Shown piece after piece: positions 11,993 to 25,196 of a stretch of 64,000 nucleotides of DNA. The stretch spans positions 1,488,001 to 1,552,000 of the forward strand of contig CM102288.1 of NCBI GenBank assembly GCA_046563655.1, given 5' to 3'. Under the pieces are notes generated by a model. The model worked only from the letters and a program-made list of their open reading frames with translations. It did not search any database and had not been told where the DNA came from. Position numbers and translations under genes: made by a program. Positions within the stretch are counted from its first letter, which is position 1, and every line of letters begins with the position of its first letter. Origin of the DNA: Yuukianura sp. NJ FZ-2021 (Eukaryota).

Positions 11993-12208
11993 AGGAAGAA
12001 GCAAACCTAAAGGATTTGAACCTCAACCGCAAGGATAGGACGATTACCCACTGCGTGTGTTTACAATTATCCAACGTCAGTCCAATTGTGAGGTTTAACT
12101 GGACCATAGCCTGTCCCGGATTTATAGAATTAGCATAACCTTAGTTTTTTGGTTTTTCAGCACGTTGACAACAGGGTTTGACCGGTAACGGACTCACCCA
12201 TTGACATC

Positions 12209-15200
12209 ATGGAGATTGAAGTAGAAGAACCTTCTCAAACTGAAGAGGCTACACTAGATTCGAAACCGGAGTTCCCGACTTGTTTCAAGTGCGTAGTGTG
12301 TGGGGACGAACGTCACAGCGACGATGGGGCCAGACTCCTCCCATGCCTCCACCATATTTGCTCGGATTTATGCATTGCCAAAGCCCGGAATGCTTCAACG
12401 ATGGATAAGGACAACAATCTCTCCATTTGCCCCGTGTGTTCAATCATGTTCGGAATGGAACAGACAGGAAGAAACAAATTCACCAAAGACTATCCAGGAC
12501 TGGCTAATGGAAGTGTAGGAAAAAGACCTCGATCTGTGGAATGTACAGTTTGTGAGTTGGGTAACTCTGCCACGACTTACTGTATTGACTGCGACGAATT
12601 CCTTTGCACTGAATGTCGAAATGTAAGTGTAAAATTAGAGGCTATGACAAACGACTTTGTGTCGTTTAGTGCTCGTTATTATAATAGTGAAGCTATTATT
12701 AATGATATATTTGTTCTCTTTAGTATCATAAGAAGATGAGAAAGTCCAGTCAACATGAGTACTCCACCGTCGAGGAAGGTATGATTACCAAAGAAAAGGA
12801 TACAAGTCCGTCAACGTCGGAGTCCGAAACGATGTGCGGTCTGCACGAGGCTCCTATTGTCTTTTACTGCGTCGAGTGTGACCAAGAGCTTTGCCAAATG
12901 TGCAGCAAGGCAAACCATCATGCCGCTCATGAACTACGTGATTTCACTGGATGTGTCAAGGACTTCAGAGAAATGCTTTCCAACGCTATTCCAGAATTGA
13001 TGCAAGTCCAATTTCCATTAAGATTTACTATTTTTCGAAAAATGTGGCTTATGATTCTATTCAATTTCTATAGTTCCTATGAAGCCAAGACTAGCGAAGC
13101 CCTAATAGACTTGGAGACAAAAGCTACTAATATTTTGGGAACTGAAAGAGTAAAGCTTCTCTCCAGCGCCAGAAACCATTTTCATCAGTAAGTCTTCATT
13201 TCGAACACAGACATTTTTTAAAATTTAAATGCATGATTAACCTTAATACTACTTGTCTTTGCAGAGTCCAGACTTATCTTCTGCGACGTGAGTTAGAACT
13301 TCGGACAGAAATTGTGAAAAAGACATTGTTGAAAGCCAAGGAGCTGAACGTGAAACGTGCTTGTGTGCGGTCACTTAAAAAACAAGCACATCAATACTTG
13401 GAAGTTATTCCGAAGTTGCTCGAGTACAAAGATCATGAACTATTTTCTAAACGACAGTAAGCAGAATTTAGTTTCTATTTGTTCTCATTAACATACTGGC
13501 AGTATCCAGTAATTCACTAACCCTTGTTTACTTAGGTGGCTTACCAAACAATGCTTTAGACTTCGTGAACGTGCTGGCGTCCTTTTAGAGGAATCAAGTT
13601 ATAAAGACTACGTAGAATCTGAGTGGTTCTTTCATGTTGGTGATGGAGTCCTTTTAGAGACTATAGTGGGTGAGTCAGTCTTAAAAGTTTTCAAGATTTT
13701 CCAACTTCAAAAAATTTTCCCCTTTAAACAAGTGTAACGCTTGTAACTTTTGATAACTTTTTTTTATGTTCTTAGCCTTGCGGGCTCTCGGTGGTTTTAT
13801 CTACACCGATGGAGAGATGATCCAAGAGAAAGCTAGGCCGCTGCAGCCTCGGGTGCCAGTTTCTTCGAAACCAGATTCCATCGAAGCTGTATTCGAGAAA
13901 AAGTATAAAGACAAGCATCCCAAGGAACTAACGGACCATTTGTTTGCCACTCGCAAACCACCACCACCAGTAAACGATGGAGACTCGCTTGACCAAAATT
14001 GTGACTCGGAGATGGAAGCCCTCGAAGTTTCTGTTGAAAACGAGTACATTGGATTTGACAATCTCAAGAAACAAACTGACCAGAATCTACACATCAAAGA
14101 AAAGATCCGTCTTGTATCTGGAACAACCCTGGAGAATTTACTGGACGAGAAGACAGGAGATGAAGAACATCCAGTGGAAAGTGCGCTGTTGTCAAAGTAT
14201 ATTGCTGAAAAGACGCACAATGACGATGAATCCAATTCCGAGTATGATCCTGTCGTCCAAACAGCCAGAGGTGTTGATAAGCGGCGCAACACTCACTCTG
14301 AATCTGATGATGATGACATTATGCCAAGTTTAAGCAAAGAGGTTGCAGCAGACTCTGGCGACAAACCGGCACCTACTGCTCCTCCCACTGATGTCGCTCC
14401 AATGCTGGCTGCAGAAGAAAAAAATGAAGGGGAGTCGGAAAGCAAGGAAAAAGAAACGGGTAAGGAAGTGCAGAAAAAGCGCGGGAGGAAGTCTCTTGTG
14501 AAACCTCCAGCAGTTTCTCCGGATCTGCCGCCACCACAACCCGTCCGTAAGAGTAGTCGGTTCGAGGTAAGTCCTCGACCTGGATTGGCTTTAGCATCAA
14601 ACAAAGCACGACGAAATGCTGGCGGCAAGGAAGATCCGAAGCCTCCAGCAGCCACCGCCGGAGGATCTAGAAGTCGCCCGAGAGTTGTGGATCCACCATC
14701 CTCTTCGTCTGGCAGAAAATCAGCAGGGACCAGTCGAACACCAAAGGGCGATGCTCAACCGCGTTTGAGTCGAGAAGAATTCCTGAATGCTGAAGAAGTA
14801 GATGATATGCTGGGAACTCCAACTGAATCCGAAGAGGAATCGTCGAGTGACGATGAAGATTATGGGGGTGGGAGTGGAAAACGTCGCATTTACACTAAAA
14901 AAAGGAACGGAAGAAGTAAGAGTGATGATGACTTTGAGGACGTTCCAGGATTTGGACGTGAGGAGAAGCGTAAGAAAAGTCGACGACTTTCAGGATCTGG
15001 AAAGAAACGAGGTGGTGGGAAGGACAAGGAAAAGGATGAACCTCCAGAACCAAAGAAGCGCAAAAATCCTGTAAAGAAGAGCGATAGTAAGTCACAAATA
15101 TTTTGAATCGTTTACAACATTTAGAATAATTATTGAATTCAAACTGAATTTGAATTTAAAACGTTTTCTTTCTTGTAAAAAGGTGAGGCGGTAAAAACAC

Positions 15201-15256
15201 CAACGCCTTCTGCAATGCCGACGGAAACTGTATCCCAAGACGAGAAGACGAATTAA
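12209..15256 (+). CDS. Tripartite-motif (RING, two B-boxes, coiled coil) protein with a long disordered charged C-terminus
   Basis: Exons about 12209-12622, 12724-13001, 13074-13187, 13265-13456, 13536-13669, 13776-15086, 15183-15256. RING (CVVC..LLPCLHHIC..CPVC), B-box1 (CTVC..CIDC..LCTEC..H), B-box2 (CGLH..CVEC..LCQMC..H..H). TIF1-like N-terminus but no PHD or bromodomain seen. Confidence 0.85.
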
Positions 15257-15360
15257 CATTTAAATTATTAATTCTGAGTTAAGTTTGTTAATTCTACAGA
15301 GTTTTTGGAATAAATTTTCCCCTTGGGCACTATGTTAAATAGCAAAAAAAAAATTACTTC

Positions 15361-17018
15361 TTAGTAACGTTTCCGCTTCGAGTGTCGGAAGTCATTGTCG
15401 GATTTCCGGTGCCGATCTGATGATGAGTGTGAAGACCGATGACGATCTGATGATGATGAATGTGAAGACCGATGACGATCAGCTGATGAGCGGTGACGAT
15501 CTGATGATGAGGAGTGTGAAGACCTATGGCGATCTGATGATGAGTGTGAGGACAGATGATGATGATGATCTGATGATGTGTGCGAAGATCTATGATGATG
15601 ATGATGTGATGGTGATGATGCGTGTGAAGGCTTTGCTGATGGAGGTTGACGAATCCATGGAGCGGTAGGTTTGGGAGGTTTTTCTTCGTCGTCAAATATT
15701 TGGACCCCTTTTCCTTTCCCGCGCCACTTGAACTTGGCTACACTTTGACTAAAGTCGACATGAATTCGTCGGTCGTCAATGAGAACGTTGTCCATTTTGA
15801 AGTAGGCGTCTTCACAGGATTTTCGATCTGCGAATTCAATGAAAGCGTACTGCAGCGATTCGTTGGTCTTGTAGTCCCGAATGACGTCGCATCTGAGTTT
15901 GAAAAGAAAAAAAAGTTTCATAGATCTTAATCTACTAACGTAAGTTGCATAGCTGAATTTTTTTTTAACTTACGAAACGATTTTTCCAAAGCGGCTAAAA
16001 ATGATTTCCAAGTCCTCATCTGTGGTTACTGGATTTAGCTTGCAAACGAAGAGAACGTTTTCAGGTGGAGCCATGTCTGCTTCTGGAAGGTCACCGACCA
16101 TCTCCAGAATAGTTGCACGAGCCTTTGCTTCTTTCTCTTGAATTATTTCGTCCATTTCCTCCATTGTTTTCCCATCCATGTCGTTAATCTTCTCATCAGC
16201 TCCAATCCTTCCACTCTACAAACAAACAGAAAATCGTGAGTAGCGAGAAATTCATTTTTGAGCTGAACTCTGTGTTCTCTACTTACATCCAGCATTTCTT
16301 TAGTCGGTTCGGGAGACGCTGGAGGAATTTCGTCGGCTAGTCCTGGAGGATCATCAAACGGATCTTCAAGAATGACGGTGTGGGTTATTCTGATATCTTG
16401 GAAGGGCCTATGTTCATCATCACAAATGGCTTCATTCAGTTTTGCTAATACTTCTGCACCTTCCACCACTTCTCCAAACACGCAATGCTCATCGTTCAAA
16501 TAGTCCAAGTCAGCGCTGAGAGTGACGAAGAACTGGGAACCCAGAGTGGAATCTCCGCAGTTCACCATCGAAAGTGTTCCTATTTTGTTGTGCTTAATTC
16601 GTGGAACCTTTTCAGCTTCAAAGTACCGTGCTTGTTCTCCATACAAAGCCCTATATAAGTAAAACAGTAATAGTTACCAAGAGGTTGATTATGGTTCCAA
16701 ATTCAGGAATAATGTTTGACGTTACCTAAATACAGAATCACCACCTCTTCCTGTGCCGGTAGGGTCTCCCGTTTGAGCAATAAATCCACGTTGTACATAA
16801 TGGAACAAATTCAAATTGTAGTACTTCAACTTGCACAGCTTCAGAAAATTCAGGCAAGCTGAAAAGTAAAACCAGCATGATTGATTACGGTTACACTTTA
16901 CACAGTGCCAATGTTTAATATGAAATCAATTATTGAATTCAAACTTACTTCTTGGCCGTTCCTTGGTATACAAATCCACAGTAATGTCTCCAATTGTAGT
17001 CTCAATTACAACCGACAT
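15361..17018 (-). CDS. PPIL4: Peptidyl-prolyl cis-trans isomerase-like 4 (cyclophilin plus RRM)
   Basis: Starts [65 protein letters not shown]. Five coding exons with short GT-AG introns. Confidence 0.95.
15410..15640 (-). repeat. Coding tandem repeat ([14 protein letters not shown] units) in the PPIL4 tail
   Basis: Repeated gatctgatgatga/gtgaagaccgatgac units of about 30-33 bp. Confidence 0.85.
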
Positions 17019-17164
17019 CTTGGATAATTGAAAATGAGTTGAGTAAATCGTAAATCGGAAATCGCGATTTAATTCCAAAGTAATTTAGTAAATTAGAAAT
17101 TAAAATTCTGCATCGAACGAATCGATTTTTTCAAAGCTTGTTTACAAAATATTTCAAAAAACAG

Positions 17165-17239
17165 TTCCCGCCACTTGGTAGACTAAATATAAAGGAAGGG
17201 GCACAGTGAAACTTCAAATTTTCAAAAGAGCGCCATTTT
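17165..17239. promoter_or_regulatory. Bidirectional promoter region PPIL4/ING3 with E2F-like TTCCCGCCA and YY1/Pho-like GCCATTTT motifs
   Basis: Start codons are head-to-head about 370 bp apart; motifs at 17165 and 17232. Confidence 0.45.
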
Positions 17240-17391
17240 TTAAAAGTAAACAGAATGAGAAAGAGTGATTCATTCATTCATTCTCAATTTCATTTTTCAA
17301 TTTTCATTTGTTCTTCTCATCTGGTATTTTGGTAGTTGTTTTCGTTTACGAATCGTTCAAAATTGAATAAAAATCGATTGTATTGGGCAAT

Positions 17392-19182
17392 ATGTTGTAC
17401 TTGGAAGATTACATTGAGAGTAAGAACCATTATCATAACAATTAATTGAGCAATTACGTAGTTGGGTATTGGAGGGATTCGTGAGACGAGCGCGAGACGA
17501 CGATGAAACATAATCCATTACTAGATGGCGCTGTGATTTGTGGTGTTATCAGCATGAAAATTAAAATTAAATCAACTTCTCGTTCTTAGCTCAATGAATA
17601 AAGTCAATGTTATTGATATTTGAATCTTGTTAATCGATGACATTTGACATGATTTTGTGTTTTAATTAGTGATCGAGCATCTGCCACAGGAACTGAAGGA
17701 TCGATTCACGGAGATTCGTGAACTGGATCTTCAGGTTCAAAGTAAGTCAATCAGAAGAAACGATGAATGGGCCTGAAACGTTTTTGTCTTCCGAGTATAC
17801 GCTTTGAATCTAACAATTTTAGATGCAACGGACAGGGTAGACGAGAAGATCAAGATATTTTTCCAGAATGCTAAGAAACTGAAAGTGGCTGACAGGGATG
17901 CTGAGTTTGAAAGTCTCCGGAAGGAGTACTATAAAGCTTTGGAAGATGCTGGTAAACTAATGTCTGAAATTCAGAACGAACTGGATAATAACACTATAAA
18001 GTCACTGTTTTCTTTGGTTTAGATGAAAAAGTTCACCAAGCAAGTCAAATGCATGATCTCGTTGATCGTTACCTTCGTCGTCTGGACCAGGAACTGCACA
18101 AGTTCAAAATGGAACTGGAGGCGGACAATGCAGGGATTACGGAAATTCTTGAAAAACGTATGTCACTCTACGCTACTTTTACTGTACGGTAGGGCTTTAC
18201 TATTTTTTTTTCAATTTCAGGATCTCTTGAATTGGATCACCCGAAAGACCGTGAACGTGAACAGCGTGATGCAAGCAGTCAGAAGGAAAATCGTTTTGCT
18301 ATTACCAGTGGAGGAGTCACAATTAAAACTGAAAAGAAGAATGATCGGAAGAATTCTCTGGTGGTTGGGGGTGCCGGTGGACTTGCTGCTGGTCCTTACA
18401 ACTTGAATCACATGGGAGCTGGAGGGAATGCAATTGCTATTGCCAGTGCACAAGCAATAGCTGCCACACAACAGGTGAAATGTTAAGGATTTCGATTACT
18501 TTCTAATCTGTTAGAGTTATTTCCTTCAACATTGACACTAACATTTGTATCTGCTTTTGCAGATGCAACAGGGTCGAAGAACTGCAAGTCTCAAAGCGTC
18601 TTACGATGCCGTCAACCTTGGACTTCACGCTCAAGAATTCAGCGTTGGTCGTGAACTACTTGCGAATACCGAACTCCAGGCGGCTGCACAGCAAGCACTT
18701 GCAGCAACTGCTGGAACTTCTTCCAACGTTGAGCAAAAACGGAACAAAAGGTAACTTTACTTTGTTTTTCAGTTTTTTTCAGTTTTTCACTTTTGGATTC
18801 CATTTTTAGAAAATCTCAACATGCTCCACAAAATCAAGAACTACTTATTCCACCAGCACCAGAAGAACTTCAGCCTCCATTGGAACCACCGACTGAGGGA
18901 ATGGAATGGATTCCGGATCCCAATGAACCTTGCTACTGTCTTTGCAACCAAGTTTCATATGGTGACATGGTTGCTTGTGACAATGAAACTGTAAGTTCAC
19001 CCTTACTTTTCAGTATGTATAACCTAACCTAACATAGTAATCATTATGCATAACCTTGTTTTTACTTTTAGTGTCCCATCGAATGGTTTCATTACCCTTG
19101 TGTTGGAATTACGACTCCTCCAAAGGGCAAGTGGTACTGTCCACAGTGTGCTCAGGCCATGAAACGTCGCGGTCGTCGTTAA
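17392..19182 (+). CDS. ING3: Inhibitor of growth protein 3 (NuA4/Tip60 subunit, PHD finger)
   Basis: Spliced N-terminus [103 protein letters not shown]...WYCPQC. Eight exons. Confidence 0.95.
17518..17533 (+). promoter_or_regulatory. CTCF-like motif in ING3 intron 1
   Basis: ttACTAGATGGCGCtg matches the core of the CTCF consensus (CCACTAGATGGCGC) apart from the 5' CC. Confidence 0.35.
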
Positions 19183-19465
19183 AACTCTTCGTCCACCTTT
19201 ACACACAACGCTTTTGCTTTTTGTGTCTTCCATGTTCGCCACAGCTCGTCATTTCAGATCCGGAATCCTCCAGATATTTGTGGCAAGCAACTCACTGGCC
19301 AAACGGAAATCGATGTAAATGAGGTGTACACTTTAAAAATGAGTTTGGAGTTTACAAATACTCAGCAGAAAATAAGTCATTACTAGTTACATGTCACTGT
19401 TTATAGATTTAGTAAATCTCTTAACAAATTGTTTCTAAACTGAAAATCTTGTACTTTAACACATT

Positions 19466-20344
19466 TTACAGTTGACTTGGTTCTAGAGATCTTCTAGAGA
19501 CGCAGCTACAAGAAGTCTTGAGCATCCGACGGATCCGTTTGCCCAATGTCACCTTGACTGTCGTGTCCGTCGTCCCTTCTTGCGGAATTGTGGTGTCCAC
19601 TAAAGTCTTTTTGTTGTGAGCATACATTTGGGACATCTTCCAAGCCAAATGAAACTGCTGCTCAGTCACGTCTTCTCCTGCAGCTCGGCCTTCAGCTTCA
19701 GCCGCTTTGGCTTCTTCCAGTTCAACGTGATACTTGAGTCGACGATGGAGCTCTTCTAAATCCGAATCCAAAGTGGGCTTGATCTCATTCACATGAACTA
19801 CCAACAAAGTACTGATGGATCCAGCATCTTCTGCAAGTTGCTTAAGAGTACTCACGGATCCAGCATCTTCTGGAAGTATCTTAAGAGTGCTGGATCCAGC
19901 ATCTTCCTTATGACGATACCATGTAACGGTTTCGTTGGAATTCAAGTCCTTGGATTCGGATCTATGCGTGGCCATGTTTCCATTCTTGTGAGTAGTGTCC
20001 AAAGGGTATTGTGTTGCTGGGAATTCATAGTCACGTGAGTCTGGTTGAGAAGTGGCGGTCATGACAGTTTGTACTTGCGCAGTGTACTGGACGTGACTGG
20101 AAAGCGCTTCCGAGGTAGCCTCTCCTCCAAAGGAATTTACATTGGGATTCTGTTCTTCCCGTGCTTGGTAGTCGTGATACTTGCAGTACAAAATTTTGAG
20201 TGAATCGCTTCCGGGTAAAAGGCAGTCGGATGAGGATGCTGGACTTTCAGGCGAAGCGTCTTTTGAGTCTTCGGGTTCTGCCTCAGCGTCTTGGATGTCG
20301 TCGTCGGCAGCATTGGACTCATCAGTGTTCTTTTCGCTCATCAT
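19466..20344 (-). CDS. Uncharacterised acidic protein with 3 internal EDAGSxSTL repeats and a basic/Cys C-terminus
   Basis: Uninterrupted 292-codon ORF with coding-like composition flanked by AT-rich DNA; repeats at about 19806-19907. Confidence 0.65.
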   Translation of the reverse strand: MMSEKNTDESNAADDDIQDAEAEPEDSKDASPESPASSSDCLLPGSDSLKILYCKYHDYQAREEQNPNVNSFGGEATSEALSSHVQYTAQVQTVMTATSQPDSRDYEFPATQYPLDTTHKNGNMATHRSESKDLNSNETVTWYRHKEDAGSSTLKILPEDAGSVSTLKQLAEDAGSISTLLVVHVNEIKPTLDSDLEELHRRLKYHVELEEAKAAEAEGRAAGEDVTEQQFHLAWKMSQMYAHNKKTLVDTTIPQEGTTDTTVKVTLGKRIRRMLKTSCSCVSRRSLEPSQL

Positions 20345-21320
20345 GTCAACCAGGGTGGGTGGAACCTATCAATCTACTAACCCTGATGTCAACCGTATTT
20401 CATAACAACTTGGGCTGCGCTTCCAGCATTTCTATTTCAAAAAAGAAATGACGCTATTGCTTTCCAGTGTTGCCAAGTTCGTAAACTGCAACGTTGCCAA
20501 AGCGTCGCAACCCGAATTTTCTTCGAAAAAACCGAAACAAAAATTAAGGTCGTATGTCGTTTGTTTTCAGTGGATATTTTTTATTGCTTATTTAATTTTT
20601 TTTTAAACTTTTACGGTCAGTCTGCAAAGCATTTTACCTAAAAAACCAATTAAATTTGAATCCTCATGCATTTCTTCACTGAAATTATGAATAAGAATCT
20701 TAAAAAAATATTTTTAATTAATAACAACTAATTCCTCAAACTTAATTTTGTTTCACATCGCCCCAACTTTTTTTAGTAATATTTAGTAATAAGTACAACG
20801 TGAATATTTATTAAATATCTAATTAGCTACAGATGCTACGATACAACACTAAAAAATGTTAAATTTTTAGTTTTATATCGCAAAACAAGTGTTAATTCAC
20901 AATTGATCATTCATTATTATATTACTTTTTGTTTTAACTTATAACTCTTAAATATTATTAATTAACGTGTAATAATAATTATAACTGACCATTTAAATTT
21001 TATACCCATATAATCTTATTTCTCCGTTCCACTTCCAAAGGCAGTCAAAAGAATGAACTGACCTATCCAACTAGGCTTATAAAAATCAACCACGTCCAGA
21101 AACTGAACTTTTTCGTTCCAAAAATGCCAAAATGCGGAAAACAACATTTAATTTTTAAGAGTAGTGTTGTAATTGAAATTATTTTTAACAATTTGACATT
21201 TTCCGATATTAAAAATTACATCAAAATGATTTTTTTGTCGTTTTCTTACGTTTTCAGTAGTTTTAGAAGGTTAGCGGATGTACAAGAGGAAGGAAAAGCG
21301 GATGTACAGATTGATCCCCC

Positions 21321-24300
21321 TTATCTGTAGTAATTGTTGTTGTTGTAAGAGTTCCTCGATTTATGTCGATTCCATTTGTTGTTGTCGTTGTGCCTAAATG
21401 GCTGACCTCTGCCACCTCCCCCACCGCCGCGGTGGTGACTGCGATAGTCATTGAATCGACTGTTCGGTCCTTGACCTGGAGTAAATCGTCTGAAACCACC
21501 ATGATGACCTTGAAATCCACTTCCAGCATGTCCTCGATTGTTGTAGAAGGAATTTGGAGGTCTACTGTCCGGTCTTCCTTGATTGAACTTCTGATTCTGA
21601 CTATTGTTGTACTGAGATGACGGTCTGTTACTGTTTTCAGATGAACTTCCAGCATTATTTGTACTGCTACTGCTACTAATGCCTTGATGGTGACTTCGGT
21701 GCGGATCCTTCATGAATCCAGTAGTTGAAGTTGAAGAGTTCTTAAAAGGACCCATTAACGATTTAGTCCGTTCGTTTACTAGGCGTTTTTGATCTTCATA
21801 GTTCTGGAACTTGTTAACTCCGATGTCAGTACGAGTGGATTGTGAAGAATGGTCTAACTTTTGCTTCTTTGTCTAAAACATTACACAAATCAAAAATATG
21901 GACACTGTTAGCTTTTACATTCAAAAGTGACAAATAACTCACCCGTCCAGCATCCAATTCTTCATTGTAGGAATCGGCTCTTGAAGATTCCAAATCCCTC
22001 TTACGATTTACTTCAGTCGCTTTTGTTAAAAGACTGCCAGTATCTGCCCAGCTTTTAATTTGAGTTGAAGCAGAAGCCATAGCAGGATCAAACTTCTTCT
22101 TTACAGCTTCAGAATTGTTCGTATTCTTCGGGGTTGCACTGCGTTCACGACTGTTGCGTTCTGGTGTTTGCTCGGGACTGTCATCATCGTAAGGTACAAG
22201 AGACGATTTCGGATTGCTGGACAAAGATTGGACACTGGAGACAGTGTTTCCATTGACGCGTTTAGGAGAAACACTTTTCCTTCGCTCTGATTGGCCAATG
22301 AACGGAGGTTTGGCGGGAGACGGGGACTGACGAACGCCAAAATTCCTGGAAGGGCCGCCATTACTATCAAGTACTGGACTCTTCAGACTGAAAGTAATGG
22401 GTGTTCTATAGAAAAAAAAAGAGAAAATGAGCACAAATATCTTTTAAAAAAACTTTTTGTTGTTCATACCTTTCGTTTTTCCCTTTGATTTCGCCAGGAT
22501 GATGAGCTTTATTGTTACCGTTCGTAGCAGCGCTGTTGCTGCCAATAACTGCGACAACCTTGGGCATAGTGATGGACGTAGTTTTGCCGGGAGAGTTGGA
22601 TGTTACGATTGGCGTCTTGTCGGAATTTGGTTTGTTGAATTTAAATGGATTTGAAGTTCTCGGAGCGTTTTGATTGAAGGTGAACTTGATAGGTGGTTTG
22701 GGAGTATCGGAATTCGAAGTCACGGGAGAGGCGGATGTAATTGTACTGGACTTGTGTGGGAATCGTTGAGTGGAGTATCCATTCACAGCAACTGGACCAT
22801 TTCGGATTTGAGCAGCCGGGGAGGTGGACGGAAATCCAACTTTAGGCTTTTCCTTACTACTGTCAACCATTTCGTAGATTATCACATAGGCGTCTGAGCT
22901 CACGCTGTCAGTATTTTGAACTGGAGTATTTCGGACATAACTGTCATCGAAATGGTATAAACCACCGCTCGAGGTTTCCGCAATTGCTGCATGAGAATAC
23001 AATCATCATTCATCATGCTTGAAAGTACTTGACAGCATTACGTATTACGTCCAAAAGACTTCGCCACTTACCAGTATAGTGTCCTCCATTTGGTGAAGAT
23101 CCAATGTGTGTAATCAGTGACACCATTCGATACTTCAAATTCTGCGTAATATATTTTCATTTTAAAATCAAGAACAAAACTTGAGATGCTTCGATTTAAG
23201 CTTAGCTTACTTTTGGGTATTGTCCAGATACGGAACTGTGAAGAAACCTTGTCAGATCCAACTCCCGGTTACACTGTATCGCTTTGCCCAATTTCCCGCC
23301 GAAAAGAGTAAATCGCTTGAGCTGAAGGCAGAGAACGAACGGGGGCAATTCTAGCGAAAACTGCTTTATTACTGGAGCAATGGACCGGCATCCTTCGCAT
23401 TTATAGTCATTGTTGTCAACCCTGTGCACATAAACACATTATCGGTGGATTCTAAATCAAATTATAAAATATAATGACTTAAGTACTTCTCTTTCCGGAA
23501 ATGGTAACCAACAGCCTCTGCCACACTAGTTGCATGACGAATGTCCAGTTGCAGCTCAGCCAAGGGCTGGAATGTTGTAGAAACATGGTGGCATTTCAAG
23601 CACGTCACTAAACACACAAGTAAAGATGCTGAACACTTACAAACATAAATGAACAGACCACTTAGAAGTTTACTTCGTTCGTATTACAGATTCCTTACCT
23701 TCAGTTCTCAAATATCCACCGAAAATCTGGCCGAGCGGAGTTGTTTCTTTAGAGCGCGTGTCAAGAGTTGTGCCGCCACAAGCTCTAAGGTAAGAAGTTT
23801 CCATCGACTCCAGCAAATGCCGCAAGAATTCATGTGCATCTTCTTGCCTTCCGTACACAAAATTTTGTGAGATCACTGAAAAGTAAACACAAACTTTTGG
23901 TGCAGTTGCCCACCCTCCAATTCCGTGCAGATGTAAATTGAGCTGAACTAAACTTACAACGAAGTTTGGAGTGAATCTGGGCTGGTCTCATGGTAGATTG
24001 ACGATTGCTCAGAGATTCCTCCAGTGTATTTCTCATGGCACACACCATGCATTGATGATATCGTTGAGCTGCAATTAATTTCAAATACAGAATCACAATC
24101 CAAATAAATACTATGCATTTTTTTTCATTTGAAACGAGAATACGTATAACTTACCACTCTCGCATTGGCGACGGTGCGTTGTATCTGACAAAAGCCAATT
24201 GACAAATGACGGTATATGAAAGACGGCTTGAAGTGTTGAGTTCATGTAGCAAGTGTTGCCGACATTGATGAATCCACATCCTGCAGGATACTTTTGAGTC

Positions 24301-25196
24301 CAACCCAATTGAATTTTGTCCCGGGAGAAGAGTGTAAACTTAGGTTTCGGTAATTGTGGCTCAACAATTAACTTCTTAACGATTCCATTAAGAGTTGCCT
24401 TCGTTGAAACGCTAGATTTCGCCGAGTCCAGAACGGTACTACCACTCCCCTGACTAGAAACCATGTCGACCTCACTGTTCTCGCAGACCGTCATATCTTT
24501 CATCCTATTCTTGTTGACCTTCTTCTCCAATAACTTTGCTGTTTTGACCAGTCCTTGCTTTACTTCGTCTCTTAGTCGCTGAGCTTCCTTCTTGATCGCC
24601 TTTTTAATCTTCCGGATCTTCAAACGTTTTTCCCGAAGAAGCTCAAGTTTTGATTTGGAACTGGATGGAATCAGACTCTCTTCATCTTCATTTCCTTTCG
24701 ATTTCACAGCAAGTCTCACTTTCTTAAGTATCTTCCTCAATCGTCGTAACTTTTTACTCTCTCCTTTGATCTTCTTCTTCTGCGTTTTCAAGTCTGATGA
24801 GTCCGTTTCTGTACTGGCTGGCAGTGATGATGAGGTTGAGGTAGCTACGGCAGTTTTCTTTGAAGTCAACTGTCTGTATTGGGCACGGAATTCGCTGATA
24901 AAATCTTCGTAACTCTCCTTTGCCGGTACAAATTCTAGCTGCACGGGATTTACAAGCAAATCTCTCCAGTCGACAGTATTGAAGTCGTCGCCGGTACCAC
25001 TTGAACCTAACAACAGTCGATTCTCTCTAGCGATGTACTGGAGTTTCTTTTTCAGTTTCCGTTCTTCTCTTTTTGCTTGTAGTCGTGCCTCCTTGGCTTC
25101 ACTGGAAGGATTACTTAGATTAAATCGTCTTTGAGCCCTCAACAGAGACTTCTCTAGAGTAGCTCTCACGGAGTTAACACCGATAGCCGGCCGCAT
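21321..25196 (-). CDS. USP36: Ubiquitin C-terminal hydrolase 36/42 family (scrawny-like)
   Basis: Cys box [49 protein letters not shown], His box [24 protein letters not shown] and tail [12 protein letters not shown]. About 9 coding exons. Confidence 0.92.
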
